A DNA stretch of 63,418 nt, counting the filler, from Atractiella rhizophila (taxonomy: Eukaryota): the NCBI GenBank assembly GCA_021432655.1. It is 6 parts of 6 records of this genome, joined end to end, with 100 filler letters (N's around TTAATTAATTAA, not from the genome) between each part and the next. Parts side by side here need not be neighbours in the genome. Positions count along the whole stretch, not along the records: positions 53,115 to 57,972 come from MU271995.1; positions 58,073 to 63,418 come from MU272008.1; 4 more parts are not named here. One strand, 5' to 3'. The notes under the pieces are model-generated. The model saw only the letters and a program-made list of their open reading frames with translations, did not search any database and was not told where the DNA came from. This document shows, one piece after another, positions 53,115-63,418 of this stretch (the first letter of the stretch is position 1; each line of letters starts with the position of its first letter). Position numbers and translations under genes: made by a program.

Positions 53115-54363
53115 TAGCGCCTGCAGAGGGAGAATCCTTCACCAACAAAATCCAAAAAGAAGCCGGACCAGAAGTTCTCGCCGATCTGCGTCACCTCGTC
53201 CTCCGAGGAGAGAACGCCTCCGCCGTCCTCAAAGTGCGATCGGCACTCATGCGCTCCTTCCGTCACACGTACGAAAACATGTCCATCCTCGAAGTCACCC
53301 CTCCCTGTCTCGTCCAAACTTCGGTCGAAGGCGGCAGCACCCTCTTCGCCCTAGACTATTATGGTCAACCCGCATACCTCACCCAATCCAGTCAACTTTA
53401 TCTAGAGACTTGTTTACCCAGTTTAGGAGACGTTTTTACGGTCCAGGAGAGCTTTAGAGCGGAAAAGAGTCATACAAGGAGACATTTGAGCGAGTTCACT
53501 CATCTGGAAGCGGAACTCGCTTGGTTGAACTTTGACCAGCTCGTAGATCATATCGAAGAACTTGTGCGTACCCCTCCTCTTTCTTTCGTATGGATGAAAC
53601 GCTCAAATGAGCGATAGATATGCTCGACAATCGATCACCTCCTATCCGACCCAGCCAACCGCGCACTCGTCGACTCCCTTCAAGAAGAGGGGAAGCCTTT
53701 CGTTCCACCTCAACGCCCATTCATTAGAATGGACTATCGTGAAGCCATAAAATGGTTGAACGAACATGGAATCAAGAACGATGTTGGGGAGGATCATAAG
53801 GTTGGGGATGATATCAAGGAGGCGGCAGAGAGGAAAATGACGGATGCGATTGGACGGCCCGTCTTCCTGATGCGATTCCCGAAGGAGATCAAGAGCTTTT
53901 ATATGAAGCTTTGTCCTGGCGATGAAGCGTACACTGAGAGTTGTGATCTGCTCATGCCTGGTGTTGGAGAGATCGTGGGTAGGCAACACCGGCACCTATG
54001 TTCTTAGTGCCGTGCTGAAGTGAAAATATAGGCGGAAGTATGAGGATTTCGGACCTCGACCAACTCATGGAGGGATATAAGAGGGAAGGCATCGATCCGA
54101 CACCTTATTACTGGTTTACCGATCAAAGGCGGTATGGCACGACTGAACATGGAGGATATGGTCTAGGAGTAGAGGTGCGCCTTTCCATCCATACCGTAGC
54201 TCATGATGTACTAATCGGTTGATCTCAGCGGTTTCTGGCCTGGTTGACCAACAGGTACACAGTGAGAGAATGTTCGCTGTTTCCAAGGTCTGTTCTCCCT
54301 CTTATCATGACAATGTTCTCATTTTTGGATGGATATAGATGGATGGGGAGAGCAACGCCGTAA
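53115..54363 (+). CDS. DED81: Cytosolic asparaginyl-tRNA synthetase, 5'-partial
   Basis: VEGGSTLF, AYLTQSSQLYLE, FRAEKSHTRRHLSEF, GEIVGGSMR, HGGYGLGVERFLAW. Confidence 0.93.
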
Positions 54364-54889
54364 TGTAGTGAATAATTTACGGAAATAGAGATGCTCCGTT
54401 TAATCAGTCTCTTGCCACGGGAACCATTATCATAGATTCAATCTGAAGCTTCAAAACGCACTGTTGACATTGAATAGTGGAAAGGGGAGTGCATAGCTCA
54501 TTAAGAGACGTATTCTAGCAATGATAATTTTTAACCATGAGGATCGTAAAGAGTAAACTTGAAAAGTTGTTCGGCTTCTCATCTCCTTCAGGATGTACTA
54601 CTCAACATGAATCTTTCTGCAAATGGGTCGCGACGCTTGGTAACTTTCTAGTAGCTTCTATTTCGCAAATTTGGAGAACTGATATCTTAAGGGAATCCAT
54701 GCTGGAAACACTGGCACGCACATAGTCAAGTCACGCCGGTCCTGACTCGTCGTCTGCTGGTCACCTTCCCTCACCCTCACGTTTTCCACCACACTTTCAG
54801 CCCAACCCAGAGTTCAGAGTCTGCAATACCAGTGAGACGATCTACGCCAATTTGTTGAATCTCACTGATCAGATGTAAGAGACGGTATC

Positions 54890-56352
54890 ATGTCCTCCGA
54901 AACAAGCGATGCGAGGCTTCAACGCGAGTCCTCCGGTTTGAACAAGTACGATTCGATGCTTTCTAGACTATCTCAGCCTGTAATATGGCACAAGGGAAAT
55001 GATTCGGTCCGCTTCGCGTTTGCTCATTCTTCAAAAACGAAGACTAAGCAACCATGAAAGATGCTACTCGAGCCCTTCAACTACCTCGCCGCCATACCAG
55101 GCAAAGAATTTCGTTCAGCCTTAATTGATGCCTTCAATGCATGGCTAAAAGTAGAAAATGAAACCTTGGATCGCATCAAAAGAATCGTCGGGATGTTGCA
55201 TAATGCTTCGTTGCTGTACGTCTGCCATACAAGTCATAATTCAATTCCATATCGAGTGTTGTCTAGCATGGATGACGTAGAGGACTTTTCAGAGTTGCGG
55301 AGAGGGCAACCAGGTTAGCATTATCTTTTCGGTCCTGAGAAGTAATGGAGGTTGACAGAAAATTCCCTCTGCAGTCGCACATAAAATATATGGGGTGCCA
55401 CAGACGCTGAATTGCGCGAACTACGTCTACTTCCTCGTGTATTCCGAACTTTCGCTCCTCCAGACCATCAGAGAGGTCCAACGACCAATCCCGGAAATGA
55501 TTACTGGTGTGCATAATATCAAGCTTCAAGGCTGGCTGACGTAAGGTAATTGCGATAGAGGAGATGATCAACCTTCATCGTGGCCAAGGGATGGACCTGT
55601 TCTGGAGGGACAACCTAGTCTGTCCTACGGAGGACGAGTATATCCAAATGGTGAATAATAGTGCGTCCCTCGACAATCCTTTTTCAGGGAGCTGAATCGT
55701 CGTGACAGAAACAGGAGGGCTTTTTCGGATAGCAATCAAGCTAATGATGGCTACCTCTCCTGAATGTACAGTGTATGCTTATCCATTCAGTCGTTCTCTC
55801 TTCCAATTGAATCAAGCTTATGAGAGCGCGCCGAGCAGCGATTACACGCCAATTGTCAACCTCATAGGGGTTGCATTTCAGATCCAAGATGATTTCCTGA
55901 ACCTGCAGTCAAATCAGGTTCGTTTGTGTCATCGTTTGCCTCGTATTTCTTGGAGAATGAGCATCTGATGCTTTACTTGACAGTATACGAAGAATAAAGG
56001 TTACTGCGAAGATTTAACTGAGGGAAAGTTTTCATTCCCTGTCATCCACTCCATTCGTTCTGATCCACATGACCGTAGAATACTCAGTAAGCTCCGTTAC
56101 ACTTCTTGTGCCAATACACTAATACGTTCTAATCGAACAGATGTACTGCGACAAAAACCAAAAGAAGAATCGCTTAAATCTCATGCCGTAGAATACATGC
56201 GCGACTGCACAAAATCTTTCGAATACACGCAACAGGTGCTGGATTCTCTTTGGGATCAAGCGGAGACCGAAATCAAGAGACTCGGAGGGAATGTTGCGTT
56301 GGAGAGGATTGTTAGGGGGATGAGAGAGATGGGGATCTCCAAAGAGGGATAA
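54890..56352 (+). CDS. BTS1: Geranylgeranyl diphosphate synthase
   Basis: [63 protein letters not shown]. Confidence 0.88.
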
Positions 56353-56669
56353 ACATCGAGCAGCGTCGAGTCTAGGGTTATATTTGTAAACCTGAGTCCT
56401 CAAGTGATTTGTATGAGAACAGATATATTTCAAGCTGTAAGTAGATGCACCAATGGAAACGCGAGCTAAGTACATAGTCAGCTGAACTCAATTTGTTGCA
56501 ACAAGATGAGAAACAATGGGTAATAGCTAGCAAGCGAGCAACGAGCAAATAATGGGAGGATGGATGGACAAAACAAGATGAGTCTGCATTACTAAACCGG
56601 CGAAACACGAATCACTGAAACACGAAATAAGAACGAGGGTGATGATCACAACAGACGAAGACATTGAGC

Positions 56670-57972
56670 TCAAGAAGTAGAATCCTCAACAAGATTAGCC
56701 TGCATATCCTCTTCGTTTTCTTGCTCTTCCGTGTCATCCCTAAATATCCAATGCGCTTGGATGATGAGCAGTTTGATGGCAGAAGTCGCCTTTCCTAAGT
56801 TTTGCATTTGAACTCCAAACTGGGCATCCCCCGGAGCTGGCCGCATGATGGACGGTGCGAAAACAATGGCCTGGCATAATTGTAAGTAATTTGGCGGTAG
56901 GGACTTCTAATGCCTACCAGCGCATGAGGCTGCATGGAATTCTCTTGCTCATGGTCGCTAACTCTATAAGCAGATCAAACCTCCTCGCCCTTGACAAAAG
57001 AAACTAAACTAACGTGAATAGATGTTCCATAAGCCGACGCAAAAGGAGAAAATGAGGTTGCGGCAGTCTCCAGACTAGGTTTCGCAATTGATACATCTTC
57101 TCATTGTAGTCCGTGACGCCTACAATATTTCAGTGAGCGAGGCGCACGGAAAGTTTCAAGGACAAGACAGACTTGCTGCGTCGATAAAACTTTGATAGAA
57201 TGCATGAGGAATGACTGTATCAGGCAACAGCCTGAGCCATAGTTTGAGCGCTCCCGTGACATTATGGCAATCGCTGAACGATCCATTCTCAAGGTCAATC
57301 ATCGCCGCACCTATGATCAATCTTTGGTATAGGTAAAGACACGGAGGGACAACTAACCTTTCTTGTCAAAAGCCTCTTTCATCGCATTGATTACCTTATT
57401 CTCCCCTGAAATCCGATAAATGCCAACCTCGGCAAGACCTGAAGCCATTTGTCAAAGACAATTAATTCTGGGCAAAAAATTACCTCGCCGCTCCACCACT
57501 GACAAACACTTCTCAACAATGAGAGGTATGGTCCCCTGCTCCTTCTCCAGCAAGTCATAAAGTGGGACGCCATACACTAAACCTCGTTGATCAGTCATGA
57601 GCGCCGAGGTCAAGAACGACTACCGACCAGAGTTTTGCCCAGCCAATGGTTTCCCTTCCTTTATGAAATGTTCTGGCCGATTGGTCATCTCAACTGGTGG
57701 CTGAGTAAGAAGAAAAGTAGCCCGTTTGGTCGCCAGAGTGATCGCAGCTTGATTGATCGCTTTCATCCACAAGTCCAGCTCATGCAGGTCTTTTGCTTGG
57801 AACAAGGTTCGATTGCCATCTTCCACTCCCAATTCGAACAAGAAGGATCGCTGGTTATTAGTGTATCTTGTGAGCGAAACTGCGTCCAGCGTGATCACCT
57901 GGTAAGGTTTCTGAGAAGTCGAGAGAGGATCAAAGGATCTTAAAGCGGACAGTGCTCTGTTGGACGGAACGA
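56670..57972 (-). CDS. PH-domain RhoGAP, 3' part
   Basis: PH-like LFQAKDLHELDLWMKAIN; GAP tail NSMQPHAL|AIVFAPSIMR. Confidence 0.75.
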
Positions 57973-58072
57973 NNNNNNNNNNNNNNNNNNNNNNNNNNNN
58001 NNNNNNNNNNNNNNNNTTAATTAATTAANNNNNNNNNNNNNNNNNNNNNNNNNNNNNNNNNNNNNNNNNNNN
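57973..58072. other. Artificial contig-join spacer
   Basis: N44-TTAATTAATTAA-N44. Confidence 0.98.
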
Positions 58073-58886
58073 GAACAGTTATGCGAGTGTCCCTGCGAAT
58101 CCCAAGGTAAAGCTCAAACCATTTGATGGCGTCTGGTCTGAGGATGACCTCGCCAACAAACCTCCATGGTCATTTCTAGAAGCCACAGGATGTTTGAACT
58201 GGCTATCAATCTGCACACGTCCGGACATCACCTTCGCTCTCTCCAACGTACAGCGTTTCGCAGCCAACCCAGGCCCAGAACACTACAAAGCAGTCAAGCA
58301 AATTTTCCGCTACCTCAGCGCAACCTCAAACAAAGGACTGCTGTTTAATGGGAACGATCGCAGACCCCTTCATGCGTACGCTGACGCCTCCTTTGCCTCC
58401 CTTCTTCCATCCCTCAAATCTCAAGAAGGACGGCTCATCATGCTCAGCGGAGCACCCATCACTTTCAAATTGAAGCCTCAAACCGTCGTGGCACTGTCTT
58501 CCGGAGAGGCAGAATATAGTGCAGCTACGAAAGCAACTGCAGATCTGCTGTGGACAAGAGGTCTTTTTGAAGAATTAGGAGCACTTGAAAGCGTTCACAA
58601 TGTCTCGCCAGGAGAAGACATACCCCCCACGACAGTCTTCGAAGACAATCAAGCGGCGATCAAGATCTCAACCAACGGAGTCCACCATGCACAAAGCAAG
58701 CCATTTCTGCTTCGCTACCGCATGGTTAGAGACAATGTCCAGAAAGGCAATATCATTCTACGGTATGTGCCAACGCAACATCAGATTGCAGACGCTCTCA
58801 CAAAACCACTTGCCAAGGACTCCTTTCACCAATGCATCCACGCTATTGGAGTACGCGATATTGGAACTCGCATCATTTTCTCTTAA
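58073..58886 (+). mobile_element. Ty1/copia pol C-terminus (RT end and RNase H)
   Basis: TRPDITFA, YADAS, VALSSGEAEY, EDNQAAI, QIADALTKPL. Confidence 0.93.
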
Positions 58887-59082
58887 TTGACACTCTGTTC
58901 TTTTCATCCGTGTGCGCTCTCACTTCTTCGTTCAGTCTTCACAATAGTTGTGTAACAGAGCATTTCTTTTTTCTTCATATTCACATCCATTTGAACACAG
59001 ACACCTTTACATCACAACCCATCCCACATTCCTATTCTCCATTGCAACTTCTCCCAATTTCTTGTAGCGTACGGAGTGGGAG

Positions 59083-59246
59083 TGTTGAAGCTTGGTTGTT
59101 TTTCTCTCTTCGTTTTTTGGTTTCCCGTTCATCTTACGCATTCCGCGTCTGACTGTTCCGTCCGCTACTGTAGTTTAGTCTCGTTCGCATTACCTGAGGT
59201 TCATCTTTTCCTCTTCCTGTCTTTCTGATGAACCTCAGGTTCAACA
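59083..59246 (+). mobile_element. 3' LTR of the copia element (164 bp)
   Basis: Purine-rich tract GGAGTGGGAG immediately before TGTTGAA...TTCAACA. Confidence 0.82.
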
Positions 59247-60026
59247 AATTAAACCATCTTACTGCATATGCTTGCGCCTTTCTAAAGCTGCGAGGAAATT
59301 TTATTCTGAAGGGGGTAAAAAATGCGTTTCAACTGGCCTCACAAGAGTCACAGTAGGGTTCAAGGGGCCATGCCCCTTGCGAGTGGGTTGGGGGGCCTGA
59401 GGGACGAAGGACAGTTGACACACTTGTGAACCCTAGAAAGTCACAGTTCAATGAAGTTGGAATTCAAAGAGGCTCGTGCCGCCTGCTGGGGAAGACTGGT
59501 TCGTTGTGACCAATATCTTACAAACACTCATTCTTTTCGGTTTTCTTCAGCTCCAGTAGAGTCACCAATTTTAATTTCCTCTTCCCATTGCCAGTGCAGT
59601 TACTACATTCAGGAATGAGAGAAATCGTATGCGTAGCTTTTGACCCTCCCAGGTAGACATTTCGTAGTTCGATGTTCGGGATGAAGAACACCGCAGATGT
59701 GGCTCGGTTGAAGCTGGAAGACCTGACAGACTAGTGAATTACATAGTGAGTCAAGACTCTAGCCAAGCAAAGAGGCAGAGTCGCGGAATCAAGGACAGAA
59801 GTTACGGTCCCTCTTGGATCGCAGCTTTGATCCCGTTGACTCGGATAGATCAAGAGAACAACAATTCTCAGTCATTCCGGAGAGAGCTAATAGGAAGCAA
59901 ACTCGAAAGAGCAAGTGAGAGGCAACAATGCAGTCGCATTGGACAATCCCACGTAGTCAGTTGTAGTGTGTTATTAACCGTGTAGTCTTATAAACATTTC
60001 GNNNNNNNNNNNNNNNNNNNNNNNNN

Positions 60027-62370
60027 TTGTATGCCTAAGAGAAACTCTATTCCGCTACTCAATCGCTCCTTATGCCTCGTCCTTTGTACGCGTGGTTAGA
60101 GGACAGGATACCTGTCGTTCGGTTCTTTCTACTTGCGTCGTTACCGTTGACGGACACCGCTGCCTCACGGTTACTAATTGTTCGCTTCTTTTCTTTCGAC
60201 TTCACTGTCTGTCCTTAACACTGGGTAGGGTTACAGCCGACATCGACGGTGCCGTTGCGCTTGTCTATTTGGGTTTGGAAGCTGAGACACTCGAAGTACT
60301 TTCATACTGCAGCTTTGAGTGTCACACAGAACTCCACTTAGACCATCGGTTTGCCTTAACCACAACATTCCTAGGAGAGCTCTCTTTGAGCCCAGAGCAA
60401 GTCGCATCCTCTTATCAACTCCACCCATGTATGGATTTCTTGACCTGTTCCGGAACTTAGGGGTCATCTTCACGCAAACATCAACCCTGTAGCTACTAAA
60501 AGGAAATGCGGTAATTTTTACACGACGTTCTGGATTTGTCGTGGCTGGAAGCAACTTCCCTTCTGCACATGGGTGAGTAGTCGTACTACTCAAGGTTACC
60601 ATCTAAAAGGATTGGGAGTAGAGTCACCGTTTCAAGAGGACTACTTTAGCGCATGCAAGAGCTCACGTCCGGCAAAGGAGGGGAAGGCGTACAATAACGA
60701 GAAGGACGCAAGGTCGAGGAAAGAGGATCGAGCAAAGCTTTGCATAAAGTTGTAGCTGGATGAATATAGCAGTAACAGTCGAGTCCCCTACAACCTGTCG
60801 TATGGACTACCCTTACTCTTTGCACTTATTCAGTAGCTACTATAAGGTACCACCGCCCATAAAGCTCTACCGAAGTCACCTTATCCTCCTACCCCCTAAG
60901 GTCTCACGACTTCGCCACGACTCTCACAAAGGTAGGAGTGTTCTACCCTTAACCCGAAATGTTGACAGTTTTGTTTAATCAAGGAGTGTTAACCGGTGTA
61001 TTTCCACATGTTCTGACTAAGTTACGCCTAAACGACAGACGTTTTGACTGCGAGCGCGAGCACGAGGGTTCGCAGGGGTAGTCTCAACTGCCAGAGGAGA
61101 CTGACCACAATCTGTCTAGCGATCCTGCTCTCCCGCTCAGCGAGAGACTTAATAGGAGCACCCCAAGACAGCTATTGTAAAGGCACAGCCTTTACTATCG
61201 TCTTCCCTCTACTATGACCAATCCTCCATTACTCATGTCTTTGACCCTCGCTTAGCTCTGCGTTTGGAAACCGTCCATGCGTTGGTTGCCGGTTTCTAGA
61301 ACCATTTTTTTGTGGCAGGATACGGTCTAAAGTCGTTTCTGCCGCGACTGCCGCCTTTGGTAAGTGAAGTGGTGACTTGGCTCCAGTCGAAGTCTAGTCA
61401 AAAGCGGTGCTCTTTTACGTATGGCTTCTATTACAAAGTGTGAATACCGCTTCCGAAGTTACTACAACTAGTATCGAAGCCTCGTGCAATAATAGAGTGT
61501 GTATTCGTTCGGTTTATTTATTGAGTGAAAAGAAAAGGTCGCAACGGAACTGAAAGAGGAGGAGGCCCTACAAACGTCCTGATGGTTAGTTAGTCATAGT
61601 AAGATGCGTAACTCTACTCTGTTCTCGTATGAGGAGTCCTTGGAAGTATATCGAACCATGTGATAGTGTTTCCAGTCGAAATCTAAGCTTTCCTCACGTA
61701 CTATTTTATGACATCGGTATAGTAGGAACGGTCACAAGCACTTAACTCCTAATAAAGACTGGTGTAGGAAGCCGGAAGGGTTATAGCCAGCATACGCGAT
61801 AGCGTTTAAATAGTGTTGTCGGCTCGACTCCTTCTCTTTAGTGTGGAGCTCCACGCTATTCTTTACTGTTTAGGTTAGCAACAGGGGTCCTGCCAAGATA
61901 CGACATATAGTTATAGCGCTAGTGTCATAAAGTACTGCGTGTCGTACCACGAACTATAAGGATTCAACTGTGACCTCAGGTCGGACAGTTACTCCTGTTT
62001 ATCGTCAACGTTCTGGTCACTTCTTCTCCTGCCTCTCGGTCTATGAGGAGTTTCGTCTGATAGTGTTACTATTGTAACTCACTCCCCTACTCCTGCCTTT
62101 CCCTCGTATGCCGTCACTTTAAATCGGTCTACCTAACTACAAACTTCCCTAGTACTCGATTTTCCCCATTACTTGGAGTTTGCACGCAACCCTTTTGTTC
62201 TCGTTTTTTCGTTTTGGCTACCCGAGTATTAGGTGGACCTATAGTGGTTTGAACCAGTACTCAACTCATGCTCGGGACAACAAAGATCGGGAGTCAGGAG
62301 GTGTGAACTTAGCTCGCTTTACAAATATTCTGATGTGCCAATTATTGTGTGATGTTTGACTGATGCACCC
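60027..62370. other. Segment written in reverse order without complementation
   Basis: 62316-62370 read backwards equals 59948-60001 (1 indel); preceded by 25 N; backwards text has canonical exons and introns. Confidence 0.93.
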
Positions 62371-62765
62371 CTCATACTGCCATGTCACCATCGTTCACAG
62401 TTATCACAGCTTCGGATACGACCTGAACGACTTGAATTTAGGCAAGTCAGGCTTTCAGTTTCCTCCGTGAACTAACGCCATGACAGATTATTTCTGCCGG
62501 AACATCATCCACCGGTTCGTTGTTTACCTTCTCATACTCGGTTCAATGCTAATGTGACGGCGACAGAGAAATGGCTGAATTGACTTCCCATACGCCAGAA
62601 TCATCAGATCCTGATTCCTTCCTCTTCACAACCGGAAATGTGCCGCTTTTCCCTCACGACCCAAGAGGTGTAGAAGAGTTGTCGCAAGTTTCAATGTCAG
62701 AGCTAGAAAGGCTTCTGGCTGGTGGGCGAGCGGGACTGAATAGGACCAAGACTTACCGTGAATAA
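60027..62765 (+). CDS. Bestrophin/UPF0187 (YneE-like) anion channel; 5' exons lie in the reversed segment
   Basis: Backwards: ATG at 62259, VLGTTIGFVISYRTS, AYDRYWEGRRMW, LERILTTPIPFGYQIHL, IGQEIENP; forward from 62410: FGYDLNDLNLDYFCRNIIHREMAEL to TAA 62765. Confidence 0.88.
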
Positions 62766-62988
62766 TACATTCACGAAAGGTCTCTACGAAGGAAGATGGT
62801 CAGTAGTTACTCAGTAGACAGTGGTGCTAGTTAGGGGTTTAATCATTATTGCGATAAAGTGTATCGTGATTATAAGGAGGGTAGAACGAAAGGAAACATG
62901 CAAAGTACTGAAGCCTCACTCCTTGCCATTGTCTACAATGTGAAGAAAAACTTGGGAACTTGAGCACGATTACATCAACAACACCATT

Positions 62989-63375
62989 CGACAAAAAAAA
63001 TGTCCTTTGACCTAGAACGAACACAAGTATAATGGAATGAGAAGCTTGAAAATGTAGAGAAGGATTGATTAGGGTAAGTGAAACAAAACTAGACACTAAT
63101 ACCCTGTAAAACTATCAAGGCAAGTAATAGAGCACAGACAAACTTTTTTCTGCTTTTTTTGTCACATAAAAAGAAGAACAGGAACAAAGAAGTCCATCCC
63201 CCTGGAACGAACACAAATGAAATTAATTCGGAGGCATGGATATGCAGAGGGGAATTAAGTACGATGAATCAATGACACGATACCAGGTGCTAATACCTTG
63301 TAATCCACCAATGAATACAATAGCACCGACAAATTTTTTTTGCCTTTTGTGATAAATGAAGAAGAACAGGATTAA
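62989..63375. repeat. Degenerate ~190-bp tandem duplication
   Basis: CCT(A/G)GAACGAACACAA at 63011 and 63201; GACAAA-Tn...GAAGAACAGGA at ~63137 and ~63328. Confidence 0.55.
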
Positions 63376-63418
63376 AGCAGGCTTTTAGCGAGCAGGGAAG
63401 GTTTCCTGTGTGAGAACT

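Noticed and set aside
54890..56352. Terpene biosynthetic cluster around GGPP synthase
   Set aside because: Neighbours are housekeeping genes (Asn-tRNA ligase, RhoGAP)
59361..59379. GC hairpin CAAGGGGC-CAT-GCCCCTTG as a possible Helitron end
   Set aside because: No CTRR terminus at the expected distance
60092..60978. ORFs listed in the track within 60092-60978
   Set aside because: They lie in the reversed segment and are meaningless in the deposited orientation

Overview
Intron-rich fungal (basidiomycete-like) genomic DNA made of six separate sequence pieces joined by artificial 100-nt N/TTAATTAATTAA/N spacers (13250-13349, 26512-26611, 39767-39866, 53015-53114, 57973-58072), so adjacency across spacers carries no meaning. 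Recognisable genes: PRP28, an FMO-like flavoprotein, SVF1, IPI3, NEO1, a FunK1-like kinase pseudogene, a TMEM110-like protein, NUM1, duplicated kinesin-5 5' fragments, BTB-like genes, dynamitin, HBS1 with a Ski7-like alternative exon, a cAMP phosphodiesterase, BCD1, a DUF6534-like membrane protein, Asn-tRNA ligase, GGPP synthase and a PH-RhoGAP. Mobile DNA: a nested solo-LTR cluster, a Ty3/gypsy element with a self-priming-type PBS, a Ty1/copia 3' end, hAT-like remnants and a ~162-bp satellite. Most striking observation: 60027-62370 is written backwards (reversed, not complemented) and hides most of a bestrophin/UPF0187 gene invisible to six-frame translation; this is almost certainly a gap-filling artefact. 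Best biological lead: the divergent SVF1/IPI3 pair each carry an unusually long, hairpin-rich first intron with the same 12-mer at nearly the same position. All family assignments come from motif recognition by eye, not database searches.
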